Positions 38,260-49,599 of a stretch of 64,000 nt of DNA are shown here, piece by piece; within the stretch, counting starts at the first letter, position 1; each line of letters starts with the position of its first letter. This DNA is from Vicugna vicugna (lineage: Eukaryota). A program made the translations under genes and the position numbers. The notes under the pieces were generated by a model. That model was not told the origin of the DNA. It made no database searches and saw only the letters and a list, made by a program, of their open reading frames with translations. The stretch is from NCBI GenBank assembly GCA_013265495.1, contig PNXW01005189.1, positions 62,001 through 126,000 on the forward strand. Direction: 5' to 3'.

Positions 38260-39170
38260 TAATAATTTGATTTAACTCTTTGAGTAAGCAATATATGTTA
38301 ACTGTTCAAACATTAAAAAATATTAATTAAGTATATAAGGAAATTTCATGTCTCCCACTAGTTGTCCACCTACTCAGTCATTGTCCATTCTCACAAACAG
38401 AAAAATGTATTATTCGTTTGTTGCTTCTAGAGAATATTTATACAAATACAAATGTAATGCTATATATATACAAATATATTGATATATAAAATATATATAT
38501 ATATCAATAAATGTCACTCTAAGTGAAAGAAGCCAGAAAGAGAAAGAAAAGTACCATATGATATCACTTATATGTAGAATCAAAAAAAAAGGCAAACAAA
38601 CTTCTTGCAAAACAGAAACAGACTGTCAGACATAGAGAACAAACTTGTGGTTCCTGGAGGGGGAGGTGGATGGAGATAAACTGAGACTTAGAGATTTGCA
38701 GATACTAACTCATGTATATAGATAGATAAACAACAAGTTCATGCTGTATTGTTCAAGGAACAATAATCGATATCTTTTATAACTTACAGTGAAAAAGACT
38801 ACGAAAATGAATATATGTATGTTCATGTATGACTGAAGCATCGTGCTGTGCACCAGAAACTGACACAACATTGTAAACTGACTATACTTCAATAAAAATA
38901 TATACACAAAAATAAGTATTTATATATGTCTATTATAAATGTATGTGCATATGTATAAATATAGTTTATTTGTCTTTACACAAAAGATAGCACATGTTAC
39001 ACACTGGTTAGCACTTTCTTATTTTCAGTTAGTCTATCTTTGATACGTTTCCTCATTAGAACCTTCTTCATTTTTCTTGTTTTAGTAACTGCATGCTATT
39101 TCATTGTAAGGATAAGCCATAGATTATTTCATCAGTCCGCTATTGATGGTCATTCAGATTTTTTAATTTC
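38260..39170 (-). mobile_element. Old L1ME-type 3' region, interrupted by a younger L1 tail
   Basis: Decayed L1ME-like 3'UTR on both sides of 38510-38900. Confidence 0.5.
38511..38900 (+). mobile_element. Artiodactyl-type L1 3' tail
   Basis: 'aagtgaaagaagccagaaagagaaagaaaagtaccatatgatatcacttatatg...acaacattgtaaactgactatacttcaataaaaa'. Confidence 0.9.
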
Positions 39171-41236
39171 TCACCTCAAGGTACAGAGATAAATGTTGGG
39201 GGAAATGGAATCTTCCTGAAGTGTTGAAAAATCTATGCTCATGGCTGTATCTATTCTATGGAGGGTAATTCTATAGTTTCCATGACATTCTCAACAGTGT
39301 CTCTCAAGTGAAAAAAAGGTATAAAAGCCTTTGACTCTCATGGCAATTATTATAATTAACTGGGAAGCTTTGTTCTAAAATGGTTGAGGTATAATTTATG
39401 AACAATAAAATAAGCAAATAGGTAAGCAGTTCAATGACTGTTCATGAACCCATGTTATCAACACCGAAATCAAAATATGGAATAATTCCATCAATCAGAG
39501 AAGCCCTTTAATAATAATCATTTAAAAATAAATCCTCCCATGTCCTACCCTTGGAAATCCAAATTCAGTAGAAGTTAAGTCTGGGATTGTGGAGAGAGAT
39601 ATTTGAAATCAGAAGTTGAGTTGGAAAACTTATTTACAGCAAAACATGCATGTGAAAATGAGAAACTGAATTGGTATCCGTGGGATTTAAAAAATAATAA
39701 TAATAAATGAATAAGAAGAAAACTGTCAGGACTTTGTAAATTGAGAAGAAGCAGACGGGAGGACAGAAGGCCATAAGAAACCACAGAATGCATTTCCTGA
39801 TGCAAAAGTTTCTTAAGGACTTAAAGACTCTTAAAGACTTAAGGACTTAAGGACTTAAAACACAAACAATAGTTTTTGTTTGTATTTTGAGAACCCAACA
39901 CGGTACCTGGCATTTGCCAAAACAGTAAGTTCCAAAATGTTTGAGATTGACAGAACAAATGGTCGAAAGTCAGTGTGCACATTTCCTGTTTGTTCTCATG
40001 CTTTGGTTATCACTTAAACCATGTCTGGGAGTCAGATCCAAAATGATAGCACTGCGTTGACCAGGAAGAAGAATAAAATCTCCAGAGTTCCATGAGAGTG
40101 GTTTCAAAAAGAGAGAGCAGAGGACTTCAAATGATTTACCGACAGTTTTGACCTCAAACTGACCTTGACAGGGAAAAGTATTCCTCTGGAGACTTCAAAC
40201 TGGAGAGTCAGACAGTTGATATCAACTCAATGGAGGCAGAAAGCAAAGGCGTCACATGCTTGAGCAAAATCCATAGACCATTTAATTAAAACAAACTTGG
40301 GGGGGATCACCCCCGGTACAACCAGATCCTTCCTCTTAGATAGATGAAATTGTGTTACTGAGGGAATCGTTCAGTTAGGGCCAAAGCACTTGTCTGGGAT
40401 CCGGCCCTCCTGTTATTAATATGTAGGAATAAGGCAACCTGTGGCATTACCTCAGACAGAAAGCTTTCTCGGGGCAACACCCTCTGAAAATGAGCGTGTG
40501 GCATGGGGACATGGGGCTTCGGAGAAGACATCAGCAGAAGAAAGCTCACCAGCGATTTAGAACATATGGGAATTTTGAGGCACAGGGAAAATTGAGACCA
40601 GATCCTGGTTTTGGTCTCATCTCTGCCTTTACCTAGTTACGTTATCTTAATTGAATCATTCAAATACGAACCTCCGTTTTCTTTTCTGCAAAAGATGTTT
40701 GTGGCTGAAGATAATTTTTGAGATGCCTTTGTATCTTAGAATTCCATGAAGTCAGCTAGAAAATCAGTTCACCTCTCATCCATGTGGCAACATTGATTAT
40801 TGTATTTGTGTATGACTCTGAATAAAGGACTAAACTTATCATAAAAAAATGAATCAACCACAAGAAAAAACACCAAAAACCAAGTCTTTCTGGAAGAGGA
40901 AAATTATTTATAAAACAAACATTAAAAAAAGAAATACCCAACGTAAAATCTATACAGATTAAAAAAAATGGGGAAGAAATTATGTTCTGATCAATTCTCT
41001 TCCCAAACATTCACATAACCTAGTGAAGGGTTGTTACCTAATGAAAAGTTCTAAGCTTTAAAAAATAAATAAATAAATATTCTCCTTGTGTATATTTGTT
41101 TATTCTAGTTTACATGGTAGCTGTTCTCATTACGTACTCACTCAAAAATTGGCAGTTCTGTATTGTGCAAGTTGAAAAGAATTTGTAAAATATAATGCTA
41201 TGATGCTAGATATTAATTTTCTTTTTTCTTTTTTCT

Positions 41237-41768
41237 CCTAGTGAGACAGGAGGGAAGAGGGCAGAGCACAACCACTGAAGGAATGACACAGCAACTGAGG
41301 ACAGGACAAACTGGATAGAACCAAGATGGCCGAAGACTCCACTTCCAGTAGAACTTGTCATTGCCCCTTGCACACACAGGGGCAATGACAGTTCCTAGAC
41401 TGACCATAAAAGGTCAAAAAGTGGGCAGGGCCCAATTTCTGGAAATTCCCTCCCGTTCCCCAAAGTACTTGGAATAATGCTTCCACTTCTTGGCATATGA
41501 AACCTAGTGAGACAGGAGGGAAGAGGGCAGAGCACAACCACTGAAGGAATGACACAGCAACTGAGGACAGGACAAACTGGATAGAACCAAGATGGCCGAA
41601 GACTCCACTTCCAGTAGAACTTGTCATTGCCCCTTGCACACACAGGGGCAATGACAGTTCCTAGACTGACCATAAAAGGTCAAAAAGTGGGCAGGGCCCA
41701 ATTTCTGGAAATTCCCTCCCGTTCCCCAAAGTACTTGGAATAATGCTTCCACTTCTTGGCATATGAAA
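41237..41768. repeat. Apparently perfect tandem duplication, 2 x 266 bp
   Basis: 41237-41502 equals 41503-41768 by manual comparison. The ORF track shows identical N-termini for 41213-41407(-) and 41395-41673(-). Confidence 0.97.
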
Positions 41769-42042
41769 TTACCCAGCCCATAAAAACTAACAACCCCTTA
41801 CCTTGTGGTTGCTCTCTCTCTTGCCTTCTGAGACAGCCTGCACTCTGTCTATGGAGCGCGTATCTCCTTTTACTTTAAACTAAACAGCCACACACCTCCT
41901 GGTCTCTCTCCTCTCACCTTTTGAGATGGCCTACGTTCTGCCTATGGAATGTGTATCTCCCTCAATAAACTTGTTTTCACTTTACTACACCCCACTCTTG
42001 AATTCTTTCCTGCACGAGGGAAGAACCTTTTCTAGGGCAATG
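41242..42042 (+). mobile_element. ERV1-type solo LTR with duplicated 5' part
   Basis: Starts 'tgagacagg'. TATA-like 'cataaaaa' near 41779 and AATAAA near 41964. 4-bp TSD ctag at 41238-41241 and 42043-42046. Confidence 0.8.
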
Positions 42043-43808
42043 CTAGTGACTAAAACAACTAAAAATAATAATTACCCTTTGAGCGTAAGAAGTACTACAA
42101 CGTTCACCCATATAATGGACCCACATGTTTGGCATCAGGGGGTGAAAAATAGGGGGCAAGTGCTCAACAAAGGGAATGTCAGATAAAGAGAAATCACGAA
42201 CCTATTTGAGAAAGGATGTTGTGTGAGTTGAATTGTCTTCTAGGTCTTAAGAGATGTTAACTCTTGGTAAAGAAAAAAAAAACTCATTGTTCATCTAATT
42301 CTTCACTCATTTTCCAGTGAATCAGACCACAAACATGGACTAAATATCTATTTTGCGGAAACGATGATCACGTTCATCACTGTTTCCCAGCTGTTCCACC
42401 TTGCACAGAGGAAAGGATAAACGCCCTGTTGGTATAAACCAAGGCTCATCTTATATCACCACTTCCCGCTTAGTGGTGATGTATATGAAAGAAGTTGAGC
42501 TGGAGTTCATAGAGGGTGGGGATAAAAACATTCTAGGCAGAGAGAATCACATAGGAAATGGTATTTAATATTCATGGGGCATAGAGTGACTGGCAGATGG
42601 ACTGAGGGTTAGAACAGTAGGCTGGGGAGGTATGTTGGGGCAGGATATGACAGTGCACACCCTGGCTGCACTAAAACCCATATCCAGGATTTCATCCTTC
42701 TCTGCCAATACCCAGCCTGTCTCCATGCTATGTGAGCAAAGCTGAGCATGACAGCTCGCGTGTAAGGGTGTTCGGTACCAATGATGCTTGCTTTCTCATT
42801 CAGACCTTCCTCTTCCAAGTCCCTCCAGCATCACTGCCTGATTTCTGCATTTATCACAGCACTGGAACTGGGAAGCCAGGCACGTCTTTAGGCCTAGTTA
42901 GTTTCAGCAGTTGACAGGAATTGAAATGCTAATAATCTTTTTTTTTTCCCCCCCTGAATTCTTATAAAGATACAAATGAGTCACACAGCTGCAAATCATC
43001 TGATGGTAGAAAGAATCTCTGACAGCTTCATTTGAAGTTGCAAAGTTCTTGCTTTATGGCTTGTGTAATGTTTGGTAAAAGATAGGCTGTTTAAATTAGA
43101 GAAACCTCATGGTCCCATGGTGAGTGACAAGTTTCCCCCCTAAAAAAAAAATTCAAAGAGAGAAGAAAATACACAATTTTGCAAGCTTGTGGAAAGCAAA
43201 ATAATCTTTCCTTTTCTGTGTCCCATGTTTTGTTTAACTCTTGGTGGAGTGTGCAGTACAGTATAGAACAAATATTTTTTTCGACTTGGTCCATTTGTTC
43301 AGGGCTTCATCCAGCTCTACTCACAACTGGCTTCTGTATATGTAAAACAAACCATGGCCAAGATTGGACAAATATTCATATAGCTGGAGAAAATAGAATG
43401 TAAGCCAGGATAATCCCCAAATTTACACTGAGAGATGGAGAAATTGGAATGGAGAGTCCACAGTGATTTCTTACTGATGGCTTAAGGTCTGTTGGGTAAG
43501 GCACACATGGGATGTGAGGCTCATAGTCAGGATGATTTCATCCCTATGTTTCAGAAACTCATTTCCCCTCCTTTTTTTTTCTTATTCATCTAGGTTAGAG
43601 CTCTTAAGTCTACCCTGAAGATGAGTGGGTCCATGGGCAAGTCGACAGTGGACTTTGAGTCTCAGTTTTTTCATCTGGAAAGTCGGAAGCCTGCTCCCTA
43701 GTTCTGAGACAGTTAGACATGTGACTATGACCTGGTGGTAGGCAAAATCTGTTATTTCACAGATGAGGAAATTGAAATTTAATGAGGGCATGTGACATGG
43801 ACTTAGAG

Positions 43809-44017
43809 CAATGGTTCTCAACTAGGGACATTTTTATCCCTACCCTCTGCCCCAGGGAATACCTGGCAATGTCAAGAGACATTTTGCTTGTCACAACTAG
43901 GTGGCAGGAAGAGAGGCTGGCTGTGGATAGAAGCCAAATATGCTATCAAACATACTGCCATGCCCAGCAAAGCATCACCCAGCCCAAAGTATCAACAGCC
44001 CTGAGATGGAGCCTTGT
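43809..44017 (+). mobile_element. MER20 (hAT-Charlie) MITE, flanked by MIR fragments
   Basis: 'caatggttctcaactagggacatttt...tggcaatgtcaagagacattttgcttgtcacaact' follows the MER20 consensus. Confidence 0.8.
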
Positions 44018-44799
44018 CCTAAAGTCACAGAATCCACAGAATCTAGGTGTAGAAACCAAGTCTATTCAATTCCAGAGTCTGAACCCAAGCATTGTACTAG
44101 TTTGCTTATCAATAATAGAACTTTGATCACTATCCCCCCAGGGACCTCCAACAAAGTGAAACGTACCATGACAGACCGATGTGGAGAGATACCAGTTGTC
44201 TGACTTGTACCTGAGCACACATTTCGGTGTATCTTGGCAAAGAGCGGAGAACTTCATCTATTTCCAATGGCAGTTTTGTAATTAGGAATTTGTCTAGCCT
44301 TTTGATTATAAAAATTTATTTTTATGTGTACTGGGTAAACCACGCTACCTTTAAAGGTTGCTTTCAAATGATTACATATTATTTCCCTTCTGTCTATGCC
44401 CATCTCTTCTCTTTTATCTTGATTGATACATGTCAACCTGTGTTTTCTAATGGAGTTTCCCAGGAATCTGTAGATGAATTCCAAAAGTCTGGGTTCCAGA
44501 CCCTCCATTATGTAAATGGACTCTCCAATAAGCAGAAGTGTCAGAGAGAAGTGTCTGGGTTCTATTTGTTAGTCAGGGTTTGTAATTGTTGAAAAAGTTA
44601 ATGGAATTCTCCGGCCGTTGTTAAAAGTGAATCCTGAAAAGCATGAGGTGGATTTAGTGAGCATCCCGGCTCTGTCCTCACAATGCAATATGCTTGCTAC
44701 CCCAGCCCTGACAGCTGTGTGCCAACCTTTTCTAACGCGTCTCGCTTACCAAAGAGGAAATGGTCAGTTTTCCCTATAATTGCTTTCAAACGTGTGTCT

Positions 44800-45290
44800 C
44801 TGACAAGCGCTTTCATTTAACGTGTTCTACAAATCGCCCCTTTAAGGGTTCTTCTAAGTGCGCTGCCCGGAGTATGTACAGTGATTAGATTAAACGTGCT
44901 GCTTTAGGTGAGTTCTAACAAAACACACTGCATTTTCCCCCCCAATTATAATAGAGCTGAATAATCTTTAACATAGGTTTTTATTAAAGTAACTCATATC
45001 TCTCTCCAGGTCAATATGGTATAGTACCTTCTCATTAAGGCGATATTATGGGTTTTTATTACATGCTACAAGACTCATTATTCTGCATTTATCTGCATTG
45101 AATTTCCCATTTATTAGCCCAGGTATTCCAGTGAGCTAATTCTTTTCCTACCTGAGGATTGTTTTTCAGGGATGACCTTTCCTCCCAATTTAGCATCATC
45201 TGCAAACTGGAACATTGTAGTGTATTGTGCTTGGAATCAGTTATTGAAGACCCTTAATAACAGGATACTCAATGTCACTTTTGGACGAAG
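44800..45290 (-). mobile_element. Ancient CR1/L3-clade LINE relic (RT C-terminal region)
   Basis: Manual minus-strand translation gives collinear CR1 motifs: FADDAKLGG (45206-45180), WANKW (45121-45107), KFNADKC (45105-45085), YRLN (45045-45034), ERD (45006-44998). Weaker: VRTHL (44919-44905) and RGDL (44841-44830). Confidence 0.8.
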
Positions 45291-46049
45291 GTAACTCTTA
45301 AGCCATAAGTAGCCTAGCTGTGATTATATTCTTTATCTCCTATTTCATTATATAGAGGGCTTGACTGAAATAAAAGCAAGAAAAATATCTTGATTAAAGC
45401 AAAACTTCATTTTAAGGACAAGTTTCTCCGGCTTGATTTCTTTGTAATGCAACGTCCTCCAAGATGCATTTGCAGAATACCTCTCTCTTCTTGGCAGCTA
45501 ACTCTTCCCTTTACAACCCTGGGTCACCGAGATAGACATCCCTTAGACCCAGAAAATTGGTGCAATTCATTCCAAGCTTTTACTTCAGGAGCCCCTGAAC
45601 TGGTGACTGTGAGTCAGAGACTCCAGGCGGGAGGTGGGATGAGGAAGGAAAGAGAGCCCAGATACTAATCCGCAAGGATTTCACAGGTTAAAACAGGGAG
45701 ATGGGCCTGTGTGCAAACACCACGTAGGGAGAAATCACCCATTTGCGAAGTCTTTTCACCTTCAGGTCTGCATTTAAGATCATCTGATTTTGCCTGACTA
45801 AAACGGTGGAGACAGCAAAACGCTTTCAAAATGAACCCTTCATGCTCTGAAAGCAGTCTTTGGACCACACAGTCTTGACTGAGGAGGCCAGGATATATGA
45901 GATCTTGGAACGTTACACAATTTTAGAATTTAAAAAAAAAAGATAGGAAACATGAAGTATATAAATGCGTTGTCCATGCAAACAGTATGGTTGTTATGTT
46001 TAGTTTATCCCAAAGCGTGCAGATAATGCGAGCACCCTATTTTGTTAGA

Positions 46050-46640
46050 GGGCTGAATTAGTTATCTGTTGCTCTTGGAACAAATTACCAGAAATTTAAG
46101 GGCTTAAAATAATGCAATTTTATTATCACACTATTCTGCAGGTCTCACCAGGCTAAAGTCAAGGTGATGGAAAGTGCTGTGTCCCTTCTGGGAGGCTCTA
46201 AGGGCAAATCCATTTCCTGCTCATTCCAATTGTTAGCAGAATTCAGGTCCTTGCAATTTTAGGACAGACGTTCCATGTCCTTGTTAGATGCCAGCTTGGG
46301 GACATGTCCAGCTTCCAGAGACCCTATTCCCTGCTTTGCATCCCCCTTTTCCATTTTCAAAGCCAACAATGATGTGTCAAGGCCCTCCCATGCTTGCTTG
46401 TAATCTCTCCTGTCTCTTTCTTCATCACATCTCCCTGAATTCATCAGAGAAAAATTCTCTGCTTTACAGAGCTCATGTGACTAAACTGAACCCACTGGAT
46501 CCTCCAGAAAAATTTCATCTCAAGATCCATAACCTTAATTATATCTGCAATGTCCCTTTTGCCATGTAATGCAATGTATGTGTGGGTTTCAGGCCTTAGG
46601 ACACAGACATCTTTGGACCCATAATTTAGCTTACCACAGG
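46050..46640 (-). mobile_element. MaLR MLT1D/E-like solo LTR
   Basis: 'gtctcaccaggctaaagtcaaggtg', 'ttgttagcagaattcaggtccttgc' and 'aaccttaattatatctgcaa'. Confidence 0.8.
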
Positions 46641-47366
46641 ATCTTCGTGTATTTGATTAGGACTGGGCTTACCATTTTAAAGAGTTTTAATCTTATCATC
46701 GTCTCATGAGTTAGTCTTGGCTGGTTAGTCCATTTTGGTAACCATGTTTTACCTTGATATGCTGAGTTTCTGATTACAGCCATAAATAGCCATTATGGGT
46801 GTCCACTGTGCACACTCCAAATGTCCGTTGCTGTGAGAGTAACATGATCCTTGTATATACAGTGTAATGTATCTTAAGAATTTACTAATTTGTATACATG
46901 CATTAATTTCCTACCACATCACAGACACTGTTATTAGCATCACTGCCGACTCATCTACTTTGAGTCACCTTAATCAGGTCAGTCCAAACTTACTGATATA
47001 TTTTATATGTGAAATTTGTGCCTTTTACCCTGCACAGCTCTGGGACAGAGAGATAGAGGCCTAATTCCAATGGTTGGTGTAAATGTTATGGACTGAGGGG
47101 ATGAGGCCGGGAGCGAAAAATTCGGATATTCCCAGAAACAGCACTTCAGGAAAACTCTTGATAAGAGTAACCCCTCTCCCTCATCACTCTGCCAAGCCGA
47201 GTCCTCAGAGTTTGCAGTGATTACAGTAATGCAGTATTTCTCCAGCCTCGGTGTCGCTGAGTGTCAGATCATCCTACAGTCATTTGCAAGTTTCTGTGAC
47301 ATCCTGGGCATGATGGTGACTGTCTATGGGATTTTTCTTCTTGTCTGGATGTTCGGGGTATAGGCT

Positions 47367-47625
47367 ATGTGGTACGTAGAATAATGTCCCCACAAAATGT
47401 CTACATCCAAAGCCCCCAACACCCATGAATATATTACATGAAGAAAGGAAATTAAGGTTGCAGGCGGAATTAAGTTTACTAATCAGTTGGCCTTGAGATT
47501 GAGAGTTTATCCTGGATTATCTAGGTGGGCCCAATGTTACCACAAGGTTCTAATAAGTGAAACAGGTGTGTCAGTGTCACAGTGGTGAGGTGTGAGAAAA
47601 CTTCAAGTAGCCATCGCTAGGTGGG
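47367..47625 (+). mobile_element. MaLR MLT1D-like LTR, 5' part
   Basis: 'tgtggtacgtagaataatgtccccacaaaatgtctacatcc...tatcctggattatctaggtgggcccaatgt'. Confidence 0.8.
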
Positions 47626-47866
47626 CTACCCACCTAACTGTGAAAAGTGATATGAATCTATTTTAATCAATCATAAAGCATGTTCAGAATAGTCAACCTT
47701 GAGCATAATTCTATCCTAAATTGTCTGAGATATGCATAACCGTCATTTAGAATCTTAAAAATTATTTAACCAAACAAGTGAAAAAGAAATTAAAATGTTA
47801 GGAAAGGCAGTCTGATGCATACAGCCTTTCAACCTCTGCTCGGTCACATAAGACTGGGTCTTGGGC

Positions 47867-48581
47867 TCCCCGTATATCCTGGAAATTATGCCCTTGTCAG
47901 TTGCATCATTTGCGAATATTTTCTCCCATTCCATAGGTTGTCTTTCATTTTGCTTATAGTTTCCTTTGTTTTGCAAAAGCTTGTAAGTTTAATTAGGTCC
48001 CATTTGTTTAGTTTTGCTTTTATTTCTATTGCCTGGGTAGACTTAATTTCTAGAATATAAAAACAACTCACACAACTTAATAACAAAACAATAAACAACC
48101 CAATCCATCATAAATGGGCAGAAGGGCTAAACAAGCAGTTCTCCAATGGAGACATACAAATGGCCAATAAGCATATAAAAAAAACCCTTAATATCACTAA
48201 TTATCAGAGAAATGCAAATCAAAACTACAAAGGAGTATCACCTCACACCAGTCAGAATGGCCATCATTAAAAAGTCCATAAATGATAAATGCTGGAGAGG
48301 CTGTGGAGAAAGGGGAACCCCCCTTCACTGCTGGTGGGAATGAAGTTTGGTGAAGCTATTATGGAAAACAGTATGGAGAGTCCTCAAAAAACTGTAAATA
48401 GATTCACCATATGATCCAACAGTCTCATTCCTGGATATATATCTGGATGAAGCTCTAATTTGAAAAGATACATGCACCCCAGTGTTCATAGCAGCACTGT
48501 TTGCAATAGCCAAGACATGGAAGTGACCTAAATGTCCACTGATAGATGACTGGATACAGAAGTTGTGAGATACATCCATAA

Positions 48582-48643
<62 letters not shown>

Positions 48644-49122
48644 GATAGATAGATAATGGAATACTATTCAGCCATAAAAAGAATAAAATAATGCCATTTG
48701 CAGCAACATGGATAGATCTGGAGATTGGCATACCAAGTAAAGTAAGCCAGAGAGAGAAAGAAAAATACCATATGTCATATGTCACTTATATGTGGAATCT
48801 AAAAAACTGACATAAATTAACTTATTTACAAAAAGGGAACAGACTCATAGACATAGAAAACAAACTTATGGTTACCAGGAAGGAAAGGATAAATTTGGAT
48901 TTTGAGATTTGCAGATACTAATTACTATATATAAAGTAGATAAAGGGTAAGTTTATCCTGTACAACACAGGGAACTATATTCAATATCTTGTAGTAACCT
49001 CTAGTGAAAGGGAATATGAAAAGGAGTATCAGTATGTATACGTATGACTGAGACATTCTGCTGCACACCAGAAATTGACACAACATTGTTAACTGATTAG
49101 ACTTCAATTAAAAAAAAAAAAC
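47867..49122 (+). mobile_element. 5'-inverted (twin-primed) L1 insertion
   Basis: 47868-48043 is minus-strand ORF2 (QAIEIKAKLNKWDLIKLTSFC...MEWEKIFANDATDKGIISRIY). From 48042 the plus strand continues ORF2 (LISRI...) through the 3'UTR to polyA. TSD aagactgggtcttgggc (47850-47866) / aagaatggaccttgggc (49123-49139). Confidence 0.9.
48583..48655. repeat. (GATA)n tetranucleotide microsatellite inside L1
   Basis: Directly visible tagataga array. Confidence 0.95.
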
Positions 49123-49599
49123 AAGAATGGACCTTGGGCCTGATATAGTTTATTACCAAGAGACAGAGCATCCTAACAGCCTTGTGTGGGAATGTCTTTC
49201 CCTGTTTCTGACTCAGCGTGGACTCTCTCCTAAAGCACATGTGTCAGTGGCCCCTAGGCAAGCCCCCAGCTTTCTGTATTTCAGATCCCAAGGGAGAGAG
49301 GTCCTGCATCTTCTACTGGAGGAAGAAGTGGGATGTATGCAGCCAGATCTCTTTGGTTGGAAGAGGAGTGGCGACACTGGCCATGGGGGACCCACATCAT
49401 AAGGGGCTGGATCTTGCATACCCTTTCTCCCCACTTGCTGTAAGTAAACTCTACCCCACTTGAACCTAATGTGCGTGTTGTCTATTCTCAGCAACCTTCC
49501 CTGGGTGGCACTTCCCTTAATGTTGGCCGCACAGCCTGGCTACCCAGTGAACAGTGAAATGGAAAGGCTAATTAACAATAAGAGATAAAGGTGCATTTA

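Noticed and set aside
27834..41768. CRISPR-like or prokaryotic repeat arrays
   Set aside because: The direct repeats here are two-copy duplications with no repeat-spacer periodicity, and the sequence is clearly mammalian.
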